Below, piece by piece: positions 12,601 to 24,720 of a stretch of DNA of 64,000 bases. The notes below the pieces were generated by a model, which saw only the letters and a program-made list of their open reading frames with translations, was not told the DNA's origin and did no database searches. A program made the position numbers and the translations under genes. Each line of letters begins with the position of its first letter. The first letter of the stretch is position 1. The stretch is from positions 33,416-97,415 of the forward strand of contig CBCSLL010000157.1 of the NCBI GenBank assembly GCA_965140935.1, written 5' to 3'. The DNA comes from Rotaria magnacalcarata (Eukaryota).

Positions 12601-13731
12601 ATGTCATCGGCACATATACATGTTGCTGATGATAACGACTTATTAGCATAAATGCTTAGCTATCTTCTTGTACGATTGATATTAAATAAATTGAGCAAAA
12701 GTCAAATAATAACCATTGGTCTATCAGGTGGTTCTCTTGTTGATTTACATGCATCCATGTTACCTCGTTTACGATTACCCTGGGCTCGTTTAAAGTTCTT
12801 TTTTGTTGATCAAAGATTTGTTCCATTTACATCAGACGATTCAACTTATGGAAATTATCAATCAAAATTATTTCGACAGTTACCACTTACTGAGAATAAT
12901 ATTATTAAAATAGATGCAAATTTAGAAATTGTTGAAGAATATGCCAAAGATTATCAAAATAAACTACAAGAAGCATTGAACGGTGAAGATAAGGCTAGAA
13001 GGCTTGCTTTATTTTTATCTAGATAATAAAAATTTGATTTATTTAGTCGTTTGATATTGTTCTTCTCGGTATGGGACCTGATGAACATCAGAGCTGCCAG
13101 CAGACCAGCAAGAAAAGATCGTTGAACTGAAGTGTCTAATTTTTCAAATCCAACAAATCTCAAAGCTTTGGATTGACAAATTATTTTAACTGCAGCTATT
13201 AGTTTCTATTTTCCTAACGATAATCGAAAAATAAGTTCTCCTACACAATAGAAAATTAATAAAAAAAAGCTATTCCACACAGAAGACGCAAATCAGGTCA
13301 CTAAATTAGAACTGATCTAGTCTGTTAGCCTGGTTTAATATAATATGAACGAATCATGCCAAACTACAGTTTCAAATTCATCTGGCCTGGCAGGCCGGCC
13401 TGCTGGCATCTCTGATGGACATGTTGCTAGTCTTTTCTCAAACTGTTAGGCTGTGAATATAAATTAAGGGCTTGTTGCTTTTGTGAAAAATCCATCTAAG
13501 CCACCAGCCGAGCGTGTTGCATTAACATTACATACAATAAATCGAGCAAAATATAAAATTGCTGTTATAACAGGTAAAACTAAATCAACTGCTATCAAAG
13601 AAGTATTAAGAGAAAAAATAAAACTTATCCGATTTCACAAATTAATAATCTTGTTTGATATCTTGATAAAGCTGCTGCTAAACATCTATAAGCACTTTCG
13701 AGTAATCTTCTATTTAGGTACCTATCAGTAA
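12601..13731 (+). pseudogene. PGLS: 6-phosphogluconolactonase (PGLS) locus carrying multiple disabling lesions
   Basis: GLSGGSL, FVDQRFVPF, DIVLLGMGPD, DGHVASLFSN and NPSKPPAERVALTL…VITGKTKSTAIKEVL align along human PGLS. The N-terminus MSSAHIHVADDNDLLA is cut by an in-frame TAA at 12649-12651, directly before the ATG at 12652. A probable GC-AG intron spans 12994-13046. The exon coding GMGPD|GHVASLF is split by a 326-bp TIR element. TAG at 13447 and TAA at 13465 lie between the DGHVASLFSN and NPSKPP segments, where only a 24-nt candidate intron is available. Confidence 0.6.
13089..13414. mobile_element. hAT-like MITE (~326 bp) inserted into the PGLS coding exon
   Basis: Terminal inverted repeats cagagctgccagcagaccagc and (reverse complement of the right end) cagagatgccagcaggccggc match at 18/21 and start with CAGAG, hAT-like. 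Flanking 8-bp direct repeats atgaacat (13081-13088) and atggacat (13415-13422). Removing the element and one TSD copy restores ggt atg gga cct gat gga cat gtt gct = GMGPDGHVA. The element carries a GGCCGGCC palindrome. Confidence 0.55.
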
Positions 13732-14584
13732 GTTTCAATGATCTTGGTTTGCCGAGGCTTTTTTATGGGGGATATTTCTAATATTTATTGAATGCAATAC
13801 TATGGATAGTTGTTTATTTTTATTTTTGTTTCTGAACAAATAAAAGTTTGTTAGAATAGGAAAATATGAGTTTATTGTGTAACTTCGACAATGAAAACTT
13901 TATGAATAATACTTAAGATCATGGAATTGCCATGATTAAGTATAGTGAATAAAATTGTCCGAATTATTCAGCACAGAGAAAATCGACCCATACGAATAGA
14001 CTACTTTCCAGCATAACACAATTCAGCCTTTTTGCATTGATGTTTCGTGAAGTAACAATAAATATCCAGTAAAACTATAGAGAAAATACTTTAATTTCTA
14101 ATTATTGCTTAATGTTTAAACGGGAAAGAACCGATACATTTAGAAAATGATCAAGATTTTTATAGATTCATCTAAAAAGACTGCCTACTTCAAATGTGAT
14201 TAAATTATGGCAGAGATCAAAAGATGCTTGAGAGAAATATGTGAAATTTCTGTTTCTAAATCTTTGATATTAATTAAGTGTCAGACGAATCGCATGATCT
14301 ATCGAAAATTTTCAAAGCATGTCCTTTGAACATTGTAAAATTTTACTGCGTTTAAATGGGGAATTCATTGTGGTTTTCGTGATTAACGTGGATGTGTCTG
14401 TGATCACTATACTATTCGATAATGATGTCATTCTTTGGAAAATATGCACGGAGTCAATATTGGAGATAAACAATTAAAACAATTGATTTATCAAAGATCA
14501 TTCGAAATTGTATGATCGTTTATCATAGTTTAACTGCGATGAGTAGAAAATATCTAATGCGGTAGTGCATAGGATGGTATGATG

Positions 14585-14800
14585 GAAACAAGCAGAAAGG
14601 AAAGATATCGAAAGGGGAAAATGTCGAAAATAAAAATATCGAAAACAACATTGATACAAATGTAGATGAATAGAAATGCTGAAAACGAGAGTATATTGAA
14701 GTACAAGTCTCCTCCACCCTCAATTCAATCTTACGTGTTCATGTTCATCTCATATTCTCGTTTTCGACATTTTTCCTTTCTGCCTTTTCCCATCCACTCC
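14585..14800. repeat. Local inverted copies of the cgaaaa-type repeat family also seen at 6340-6430
   Basis: gcagaaaggaaagatatcgaaaggggaaaatgtcgaaaat…gctgaaaacgagagtatattga is followed by tcatattctcgttttcgacatttttcctttctgcc, which is its partial reverse complement. Confidence 0.45.
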
Positions 14801-17800
14801 ATAGGATGATTCAATGATGATGCGGACTCATCGTCATGTCAATATCAAGTACGCATAGTCCAGCTAGCTATTTTCAAATGATTGATCAAAGATGCAAGAA
14901 TTTTTAATTTACTTTTATTGGATGCAAAAAATATTCAAAATTAAGTTTGAATTATTTTGATTAACATATTAAAATTGGTAAAGCAGTACAGAGAGTTTAA
15001 AACGAAGCTTGCTTTCAGTTTACAGATATTTTTTAAATAGAACAATTTTTTTACATATTTTTATCACAGAAATGAAAATTTCTCAGCTGTCAAATTGTTT
15101 CTGAAGGCATCATAAAGATAGTCGAAAAGATTTTTGTATAAGAAGCTTATTTTTAAATATTTTTAGACATTACTGAACAGTTCAAAATATTGATGATATT
15201 TGATCTCTTTGTTCACTGGTCATTTTTTAAAGATTTTCCTGAATGAAGTTTTTTCTAAATTTAATACGAAAACAAATCGGATCAATTTGTGTAATAATGA
15301 TAGTGTGCAGGCGCATAGATCTAAAAATAATTGCTTACAATAGAATGAATTGTTATTATTTATTATTATGGTTCACATTAGTTTTTGGAAGAGAGAGAAA
15401 ACCTATTTCCATGTATCGTGAAATATTTGTTATAATTTATATGATACGGTTTTTCATCTATTCACCCACGATTTACTTACGAACTCTTTTTTCAACAAAA
15501 GCATTAACAACACGAAAGATTCTGTTGTAACACCGTATGTTGAGTAGATACGACAAATAAACAAAAGTAAAGCAATGCAAATCATTTAGCGAACTTCGAA
15601 TGTTTATCGATCCGTATCCTCGCACAATCATGTGTTGATAATGCCTCTTTTTCGGCAACAAGAAAACATACGAATAACGGAAGTCATTTCTACAGGATTC
15701 GTACAATTAGTTGACATATCGTGTTCATCGATCACCTTCGAATATAACTCTGCAGCTAAATCTTTTGTTTTTCAACAAACGATACTTATGTCTGTTGATA
15801 TAGAGCTTGACAACAACAGCATTAACCTAAATTATTATCAAGCCTACGATATAGACCGATATGATACTACGAATGTAACCGTCTTGTAATAACCAACAAT
15901 CACCGAAGTAATCCGATGCACACCTAATATCAACGCAGACAATCTATGGTTGACATTTCTTAAATAACGACCGAATGCAACTTACAAGTAGACACAAACG
16001 GCAATGACGATCAGCTTGCTTATTCGCTTCTGCTAGGTTTTTGGTAAATTGAGCAGTTTAAAAAGCGTGAGTAAAAATAGATATAATCCGAACATCCAGA
16101 CCTATTGTAGCGTTTCTCTACTATTGTTTCATAGAGTTCGACTCGTTACATAGAGTATTCGCTAGGTTGTTACAGGAGTAATTTCTATTAGACGTTAGTT
16201 GGTTTCTACTCGTTTCAATTAGTTCATCATGTTTAAAAGATTAATTTTCGTTGTGTAGAGCTGCTATTCATTGCTACAGTAAATACGATTTGATACATAT
16301 TCATGTGTTTTTTCAATATTGAGTAAATTGACGATTCAATGTAGTAAATAGGTAGAACTAGAATCAATTCTTAAGTTCCTAAATAAAGTTAGTAAATATA
16401 TCCAGTTTTAAGATGAGAAGTTCTAGTGATAGTTGTACTAACAACAATACTTACCAAAAATTAGTCTAATCTGTCGAAATCTTGTCGCGTAAAAATAGTA
16501 TTGAATGCTATCATGGTCCAAAGAGTATTCATCGTCTGATGTGTTTATTTTTCCCTTTCTATTGGAAAAGGAGTTATTGGTAGAGCTATTAATTGATCAA
16601 ACAGCATAAGCATTCGATTTCAAAATGAATTCAGAAATGACTTCACGCCAAAGTCACATACACTGTTTTATGAATTGTTGTTCATGTATCTAGATTAATC
16701 GGTAATCTATTGCATAGAGCCTATGTCTCTTCTTTAATCCTTATAATTTATTTTCGATGTCATGCATCTTGAAAGTAGAGATGATGAGTTCACAATTTGA
16801 GAAATGCATCAAAATAAAGAAATAAACTGTAAAAATTCTAAGTATAAAATAAACCTGTAGGGAAATGCCACTCCTAATCATCATTTTAGAATAGCTAAAA
16901 TAATATACATATCTTTATATATAAATAACATCTGATCTTTATATTTAGTTTTGTTGATTTGATTTAAGGTTTATTTGTAACTATTAGTGTGGTCATGTGC
17001 TGTTACATTGGGATATGAATAATTTATTAAGAAAATATAAAACGAAATAAATAATAATGATATGTATTTAACAGCAAACATATAATAATGTTTTCTGAAA
17101 TAATAACTACTCGTATTAATCATCGACATAGATTATATTTAGAGCATATATAAAACGTAATTTTAAAAGTTCAAACTAATACAATCATATACCAATCGAA
17201 TTCGAATAGAAATGAATTATTTTTTGTTGAAAATGTTTCGGTTAAATCTCATATAGTGTTTATTTTATGTTATAATGAATCGATTTGCCCGATACTATGC
17301 TCATAACAATTAAGTTGTGATTTGTTAATTTACTTCGAAAGATGCAAAATTTATCTGTGATAAAAATCTAAATCATGAAAATAATTTTTATTCGCATATT
17401 TTTAATATTTTGTACGATGTATGTATTTTACATTATACAAGTGTACGCGGTTACCTATCAACATTAGTATTTTTCTCACTTGATTGACATACATATAATA
17501 TACTAATTAAGAATAAGTAATATGGCGTATTTCCCTTAATTTTTGCTCGCATAGTATCTCACACAAATAGTCAACTTCAAATAATTAAGTAAATATATAT
17601 ATATAGGTTAATATTGAAAAGCGCACAAAACGTATATGCGCTACGTTTTCTTCGATTCCAATTGTATAAATAGTTTCAGTATGTTTATTTGTATCACTCT
17701 CTATACTTTGTTCGACAAAAAAGCATTTTCAGACATTACAAAACACTGTATAATTTTGAGTGAATATTCATAAAAATTCAATTTTAGTTGTTTGCTGAAA

Positions 17801-17842
17801 TTGTATATTTGTTTAACAAACTTTTACCAGATCAATTTAACT

Positions 17843-17925
17843 ATGGGTAACGAGTTTTCAAAGAAAAAATTAATCAACAACGTTAAAAAAAGTCACGATA
17901 TTCATTTCCGCTTAGTTCACAAGGT
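17843..17925 (+). CDS. Candidate first coding exon (MGNEFSKKKLINNVKKSHDIHFRLVHK), N-myristoylation-type start, followed by a GTGAAT donor; downstream micro-exons unresolved
   Basis: ATG followed by Gly, a 27-codon open frame ending AAG|GTGAAT, and a 47-nt AT-rich stretch ending in cag. The next exons could not be phased without stops. Confidence 0.2.
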
Positions 17926-20060
17926 GAATATTAAATAATTTATTTAACAATTTAAATAATTTCTCTCAGTTTTAGAGCAGAAATTGAAAAGAGAAAACTC
18001 CGAGATAAATGCAGTAGGTAAAAAGAGCTTCTGTTACTACACGCACATATTGATATCCTTGATTGATTGATTTTCTTTAGAACTAGGACAAGCACGAGAT
18101 GTAAGTTGACAATTACATGTATTTATTGACTATTTTCATCCGATATTCAGACCTAGTATCGCTCGTTAAGTATATCAATCTATCCTCCTATTTGTTTTGT
18201 ACGATGAACCATTTTAATTTATATTAAATAATATAGATTTCAACTTTTGAATTTGCATTTTGTTTTAACAACTGATACTTTCAATACATTTTAATAGTAT
18301 ATACTAATGAACGACAATATTTAATGTGACGTTGTGCGTTCTTTTAACCTTAAAAAATTGTTCCCAATTACTTTTCCGAAAAATTTTCTTCCATTCGAAA
18401 ATAAAAATAAAATCACAAATAGAACATCAATTAAACAAATATCATTTGGTGAAGAATAAACACAGTGCATAGAAGTATAAATGAAAACAAAATATCTATT
18501 TGTATGCTAATACAAGTTATGACAGCTTTCTTTCAATAGATTGTATAACGATTTATGTCATTTCTGACTAAACAATTTTGAATAACTCGCATTCAAAAAA
18601 AACTGTTTTGGCTGCTTGTATTTGATACAAAACTACTTTGTACAGAAGAAAGATTACATTTCATATTTTCATATCAAATCAACTTCGATGATTATATTTA
18701 TTTCTTGTTGAAGAATTTGTTAGTTGATCAGGTGAACTATTCAGTGCCATGTGAGAAAAAGTAAGATGGATGTTTTAATAGGTCATCTTAAGTTCTTACG
18801 TGCAAATACAACAATGATTTTTAGTTGATGCGAATGTTCACGTTGAGATCTACTTACGAATGTTAGGTTGATAAAGATCGAAAAATGGAATGATTATATT
18901 AAAGCAAACAAATGTTCAAAATGACCAATCTCTATAATATATTCAAATGTTTAGCTAGTTTGAAAAAATGAAAAGTAAGTTCAAGAAGACTAAACAGATT
19001 AAATAAAGGTAACTTTTTTTAATTTAACAGAACGTTTTATTACGATTACAATTGCAATTACATCATTATATTGAACTGAACTTAAGCTAAATCTGGTAGT
19101 TTTTTTTATATGTTAACAAAGTAATAATTAAGAAAGTGTTTGAATATTGTCATAAAATAAAAAAATAAATAATATTCTGACCATCTAACTATGATGATCA
19201 TAGTAATCGGTATTTCTTATGGAATCTATTCATTCAACTAATAAAAAAAATGCTAGTAAATATATTGCAGTTACTTACTAAAAGGATTTATTTCATTCTT
19301 TACACTAGCGTTCCTTAAAATACTTCAAAAAATATATATGTAATGCTCGTGCTACTTTGTTTTCTCTGAAATAATTCAATAAATCAAAATAATAAAGTAA
19401 GACTGATAGCTTTGACGGTGCTAGACATTTATTTTTCTAACCTTAGTATCTTTTCAAGTTTCAAGTATGATATATATTCAAATACAGTGACATTATGTTT
19501 TTTTAAGTTTGACTTAACAATCTGGATTATAAATATTATTTATAGATCGATTTCAAAATTAGTTTGCAATATAGATTATATTAACATATGTACTTAATTA
19601 TCAGATGAGTAATAATATTATAGCTCTTTCTACGATTCGAGCAAGGACTACCATTGATAACATAGATATATAAACTCAGTCGAATATTTTTCTTTGTGAT
19701 TTATGGTCAGATTGAATTGAAAGAAAATACTCTTATGTTCGTGCACTCTCACTCTATGAATATTAAACCTTTAACCTGAGTAACTCTAAGTAAGAGCTGT
19801 TGAAAATTATAATATTGCTTTGAATAGAATAACATTTTAATGCGATTGCGCTAATATTCGAAAGTTTTTCTTTCGTTACAAATGATTTATCTCTAATACT
19901 GATCATGATTGTCTAAATAATCAATTTTATTCAAATGTATTATTTTTCAAAAATTCACATTTATCCTCGTTTTGAACATAAATGATACATCGGAAAGAAA
20001 AGCTTATGGGATTGTTTATATTTTAAATGGCCTCATCTATTGTTCTAACCAATTTGTCTC

Positions 20061-20792
20061 CTATTTGACAAATGGAATAGCTGGTGCTAAACTAAAATTG
20101 TTATCGTCTAAAATACTTTTCGCTTGCACTCCAGTCAAAAAATGAATAAGAATTCCATAGGGACGCACATATGTTGGATCGTTCACCACGTAATATTCGT
20201 TCTTTGAACATTCTGGTACTCGAATTTTTTTAGGATGAATTCGACATTGTAAAGCAACTTCAACATAGTAAGATTTATTATACTGAATTGGTTTCGTTAA
20301 TCGACAATGTTCAATATTATCTGTCAAATGTTTGATCTTGGGTGTTAAAAATACACCTTTTCCACATGTTTTTTGATTAAATATAGATGCATTCTGTCCT
20401 ATATCGACTGAGGTTGTACCCCATTCACTATGACTGCCTTGAAAAACTTTGAAACCCTCAAAGGCTATTGATTTCATTACTTCTAAAACATCACGTCGAA
20501 TTCCATGAAAGCCAACTGCCCATTCACCAGCAGCACCATCACAGGCAAGCCAATGTGCACCACTAGAGCCAAATTTGTCGATATTCAAACCATAGCGTAT
20601 CCAACCACGAAATGGAGTGTAATAGTCCCATTTACCACGGATCAATTTTATTGGTTCTTCATTACAATATCGAAGATCACCTTTCTTATCAAATAGATAA
20701 GATGGAAGTCCGAAAAAATTTGCTGGATTAAAGCTTTGAATGACACGTTCGAGATCATTTTCCGCCCAATTGTTAGTCGCCATTCTAAACAT
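20061..20792 (-). CDS. Standalone PARP-catalytic-domain-like ADP-ribosyltransferase, intronless, 243 aa
   Basis: AVGFHGI matches LFHGS; TCGKGVFLT matches GxGIYFA; SKNEYYVVNDPTYVRPYGILIH matches tankyrase AEYVIYRGEQAYPEYLITY. An in-frame stop lies 4 codons upstream of the ATG, so there is no N-terminal extension. Single exon. Confidence 0.65.
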   Translation of the reverse strand: MFRMATNNWAENDLERVIQSFNPANFFGLPSYLFDKKGDLRYCNEEPIKLIRGKWDYYTPFRGWIRYGLNIDKFGSSGAHWLACDGAAGEWAVGFHGIRRDVLEVMKSIAFEGFKVFQGSHSEWGTTSVDIGQNASIFNQKTCGKGVFLTPKIKHLTDNIEHCRLTKPIQYNKSYYVEVALQCRIHPKKIRVPECSKNEYYVVNDPTYVRPYGILIHFLTGVQAKSILDDNNFSLAPAIPFVK

Positions 20793-22717
20793 ACATTTAT
20801 GTTAATCAGATTAATTTAAATAATCGATTCGTCATGTAAGTACGCTTAATAAACATGTATAAAAATAGATTCGTTTGCTCTTATAAAGATTCTTCGTATT
20901 ATGAACAAATTAAATATTCTCTTAAAATAAATTCGTAGATGGTTAATAAATATTTCTCATCACTCATATATAATCTTTCAGATTTTATTTTCATTTTACA
21001 AATCTTCGATGAAAGTGTACTATTTACATTAAACTTCGAATATATTTTTTTATTTTATTTATTCTTCAATGACTCAGAAACTGTTTCTATGACGCCTATG
21101 AAGCTACTAAATTTTGAAAGACTTCAATATTTGATAGAGAATAATTTGATGTTTTAATCTTATCACGAAATAAAACGTTTAAATAGATGCTGTTCCATAG
21201 CTGTGTCGGTACTTACTCGTTCAATTCTAGGATGTCTCTATCACAAATCGTATTAATTCTTGATTAATGTTTATGGAGGAAAAATCATGCTATCATAAGA
21301 AAAAAGTATGTGTCATAGTTTTAAGTTGGAAAAAATCGAGAATATTTTTACTGTCACATGGAGTTCGCAAGTAACTATGAATTCTGAGTAGTAAGAAAAG
21401 AAATTAAAAAAATGAATGTCGTTTTACATTACATTGCATTTTAAGTTTGTTTTTCTTTAGTATACTTTCAATGAAGATTGAGAAATCATTCTCAAAAAGA
21501 ATTTTTACTAATTTACTTCCATGTCTGACTGTTGCACATGCCTGTTTTATTTTGTTGTGGGACATTTTCCGATTTCTCTTCATTTTATTTTCAAAAATTC
21601 TTCAATTCTGATGCTCCCCTTGCAGGCATAAAGGTATATATCAAAGTGTTATTCTATTTTATTGTGTATAAACTAGTCAATACAAAGAAAAATAAGTTCA
21701 AGAGTTAGAGATAAGTTGTAGAAGAATTTTAATATATTATCTAATAGAAAGAGAATTTCGCTTTTTTCTATCAGTATTCATTTTTTCAAGGGGAAACGGC
21801 GGATTTTGAACTTGAAGTAACATTGAATTACTTTCAGAGGTAAACTTCGAAGAATTTTTCGACTTCAGATTTACTCGTAGTTACTTGAAGTTATACCAAA
21901 GTTGCAAAGCTACTTGTTCTTATTTCGGACTACTTGAGTTGTATTTTTAGCTACTGCAAGCATGTACTTTGACCTACTTTTCTACTTCAAGTCCACCATT
22001 TTCCCCTTCCATTTTTTACATGATTAATTTCAACTTTACTGATTTACTCGAATATTTTAAATTGTCTATACAAATATTGTATAAAACTATTCATTAGTGG
22101 ATAATTAATTGATGATTCGATACAAGTCAATTTTATAAGCCCATTGTAGTTCGTATTCAAGTAACTTATAACTAAATAAAAATAGGAAATATAAACAATA
22201 ATTTTATTTCTCCAGTCTTACTAGAAATGTTTAATAAAATGCAAAAACTTTGCATCATACAGAATAAACTATGTAAACTATTAACTTTTTAACTATTGAA
22301 TACAAATAGTTTTCGATGTAGTGAAATACATAATATGCAGAACAATCGTATGATTCAATATGGTAATCTTTCTATGTGCTCGTCAATGATTATTTTCGAC
22401 AAAAAAATATATCGAAACTTCATTTTTAGCAGAGAATCAAAAATCATTTTCAAATTGTGTAATTCAGCAACATGATGAAAATGATAATGAAAATAAAGTA
22501 CGCAGTGCAAAACATGGAGGCTTTATCAAACATATTTTGTACAGTAATAAACAAATGAATGATTTTAATGATAATGCAAACATATGATTCATAAAATGAA
22601 TAGTTCGAAACACTCTTTAAAAATTAAAACACTAATTTAAATATTTTCATTCGTATAAAAGAATTGTACTTCGATTAGTATTGAAATTCGACAATAAAAA
22701 ACAAATTTCATTTTTAT

Positions 22718-23029
22718 TCAGTAAACGGGAGGTGGTGGAATACTTGAATTCCATATTGGTTCGTTTTGTGATTGTGTTGATTCAACAAATTTTTCTGGAT
22801 CATTAAGTAATAATTCTATATTATACGTTAAATAAGTTTTACTCATCTCAGATAATTCTTTCAATTGATGAACTTGCGCAATTATATGTTGATGTTTATT
22901 TTGAGCCAGAATTGACCGAATTTTCATTCGACATAGTTGTTTCAATCGAAATCCTTTTTTCATACGTTCACGAACTTGATGAAGTAATGGTTCCAAAATA
23001 GATACATTTTGTTGATCATCTTGTCGAGA
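22718..23029 (-). CDS. Terminal coding exon of an uncharacterised protein containing a SOCS-box-like LxxLCRxxI motif
   Basis: Acceptor ttcttgctaaatag at ~23030. Translation …PLLHQVRERMKKGFRLKQLCRMKIRSIL…PPPPVY* ends with stop at 22718-22720. The motif is weak and upstream exons were not found. Confidence 0.3.
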   Translation of the reverse strand, partial: SRQDDQQNVSILEPLLHQVRERMKKGFRLKQLCRMKIRSILAQNKHQHIIAQVHQLKELSEMSKTYLTYNIELLLNDPEKFVESTQSQNEPIWNSSIPPPPVY

Positions 23030-23379
23030 CCTATTTAGCAAGAATTACTTTTAAATATTCATATTAAGAAACACAAAGCAGTCAAATATACAGCTTAACA
23101 AGATACATCGCTAACTCTATATATATTTATATAGGACTATATGAGTAGATGTGGCATTCATATGGGTTTTTAATAGTAGATTTTATTCTCAGACTTAAAG
23201 CTATATACAATAACTCGATAGAATTATGAATTCTTAATAATCTATATGTATTACTGAACTAGAAGCCTCAATTCAAACTATAAGAACACCTGATTAGAGG
23301 TCACCATAAGATTTGATTTGTTGATGAATAGCTATTCATAGAAAATGTGAAATTACTTTTCGACCTGTCCAAGCGTGGC

Positions 23380-24720
23380 GGAATCACGTTTTTTCATTTT
23401 GTATTTTGAATATCTCAACTTAATGAAATTAAATGAAGCTGAAATTTTCAGAATATATTCAAGTTTCATTGCTCTACATACCCTGAACGTTTCATGGAAT
23501 TCGAAACTTCCGTGAGAATGTTATGATTAAAATATAGATGCGTTGCGGAATCACCAAAAATGGTCTTCCAGATTGAGTCCTATGTGAAGAACTGAAAAAT
23601 TTAGCTCAACTAAAACTACGACGAAAAAACTCTCAATAGGAAAGCTATAGTGGAGGTGACATTCTATCTGTAGAAAAAAAGAAAATTAAAAATATGTAAA
23701 ATTATGCTTTTGAATAGTGGGAAAAACTTCGTAACGGAATCACCTTTTTAAACTGTTCATGTTCTTTTAGTGTCTATTTCTTAAGAAATTTATCTATAAT
23801 CCCCGAAACTCAACACATTTGTATTACTCATAGAGATGCACAAAATGAGTGCCGATTCAGGTCATCGGGACTGGGACCGAAAACATTAACTGTACTGAGT
23901 TTACGAACCCAAAAAACTTAACTATACCATGGCTGAGACCCGGATCAAAACAAGAGTGGTCTTGCCAAGAGGAAGAAAGTGTGACTTTCGTATTCCGGAG
24001 TCCAGGTGAAGTAGGAGAGGAGTACAGTAAAGTAGACCTAAGTTACAGCTATAGTAAAGAAATAAAAAATATGAGCATTGAAGAAACATTTAAAATGTGA
24101 GAAAGTAATGCTGAAGCATATTATTCTAAATAGGCACAGGCTGTAGATTAGTTAGAATCACATGAACGAAATAAAAAATGAAACTTCACCCGGATAAAGA
24201 CCAGAATTACAATAAGTGTGCCGGGACTTTGGTCGGGATAAGAACCAAAAATAATGCTGCCGCGCGTATCTCTAATTAATCGTGAAACAGTAATCAAGAA
24301 AGTCATTTTCCATTGACCATTCTGATAAAGTGAAAACTGTATTTCAGAAGTATAAGATACATATCAGATATCACCCATAAAATGGTATCTTCAATTGTGG
24401 TAAAACCGTCAGAAATCAACTTCGAAATTAAACAGTGAGGCTCTAAAACCTCATTACCTATATAAGAAATATAGCTAAGATGAAATATAAGAGAAAAAAA
24501 AATGTCTCTAATTTTCTTAGGGAAACGTACTTGTACAACCCAAAGGTGATTCCGTCACGCTCTCTGTAACGAACCAGAGATTTTTATCAAAAGCCAACTA
24601 GTTCTGTGGATAGAGCGGAAAAATCAGTGTTAGACCGCGCGTTCGTAGAATCATAAATATCTTGCTTTCGGCTAAGAGTGAGTTACAGTATATTTTCGTT
24701 ACGGAATCACAATCAAAAAT
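23380..24720. repeat. Cluster of five copies of a 10-mer ACGGAATCAC(C)TTTTT-type motif (four forward, one inverted) with related GC-richer internal segments
   Basis: ggcggaatcacgtttttt (23387), tgcggaatcaccaaaaat (23537), aacggaatcacctttttaa (23729), reverse-complement copy ggtgattccgtcacg (24545), tacggaatcacaatcaaaaa (24699). Related pairs cgggactgggaccgaaaac / gccgggactttggtcggg and gagacccggatcaaaac / cacccggataaagacc. Confidence 0.35.

Noticed and set aside
13445-13468. 24-nt GT…AG candidate intron that would remove the in-frame TAG/TAA in the PGLS locus
   Set aside because: It is far shorter than every other intron in the window (45-75 nt minimum). Together with the upstream TAA and the transposon insertion, pseudogenisation is the simpler reading.
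15243-15889. Three short ORFs (15243-15530 +, 15473-15706 -, 15632-15889 +)
   Set aside because: Mutually overlapping, hydrophobic and low-complexity, with no motif; they sit in an AT-rich stretch with no exon-like GC elevation.
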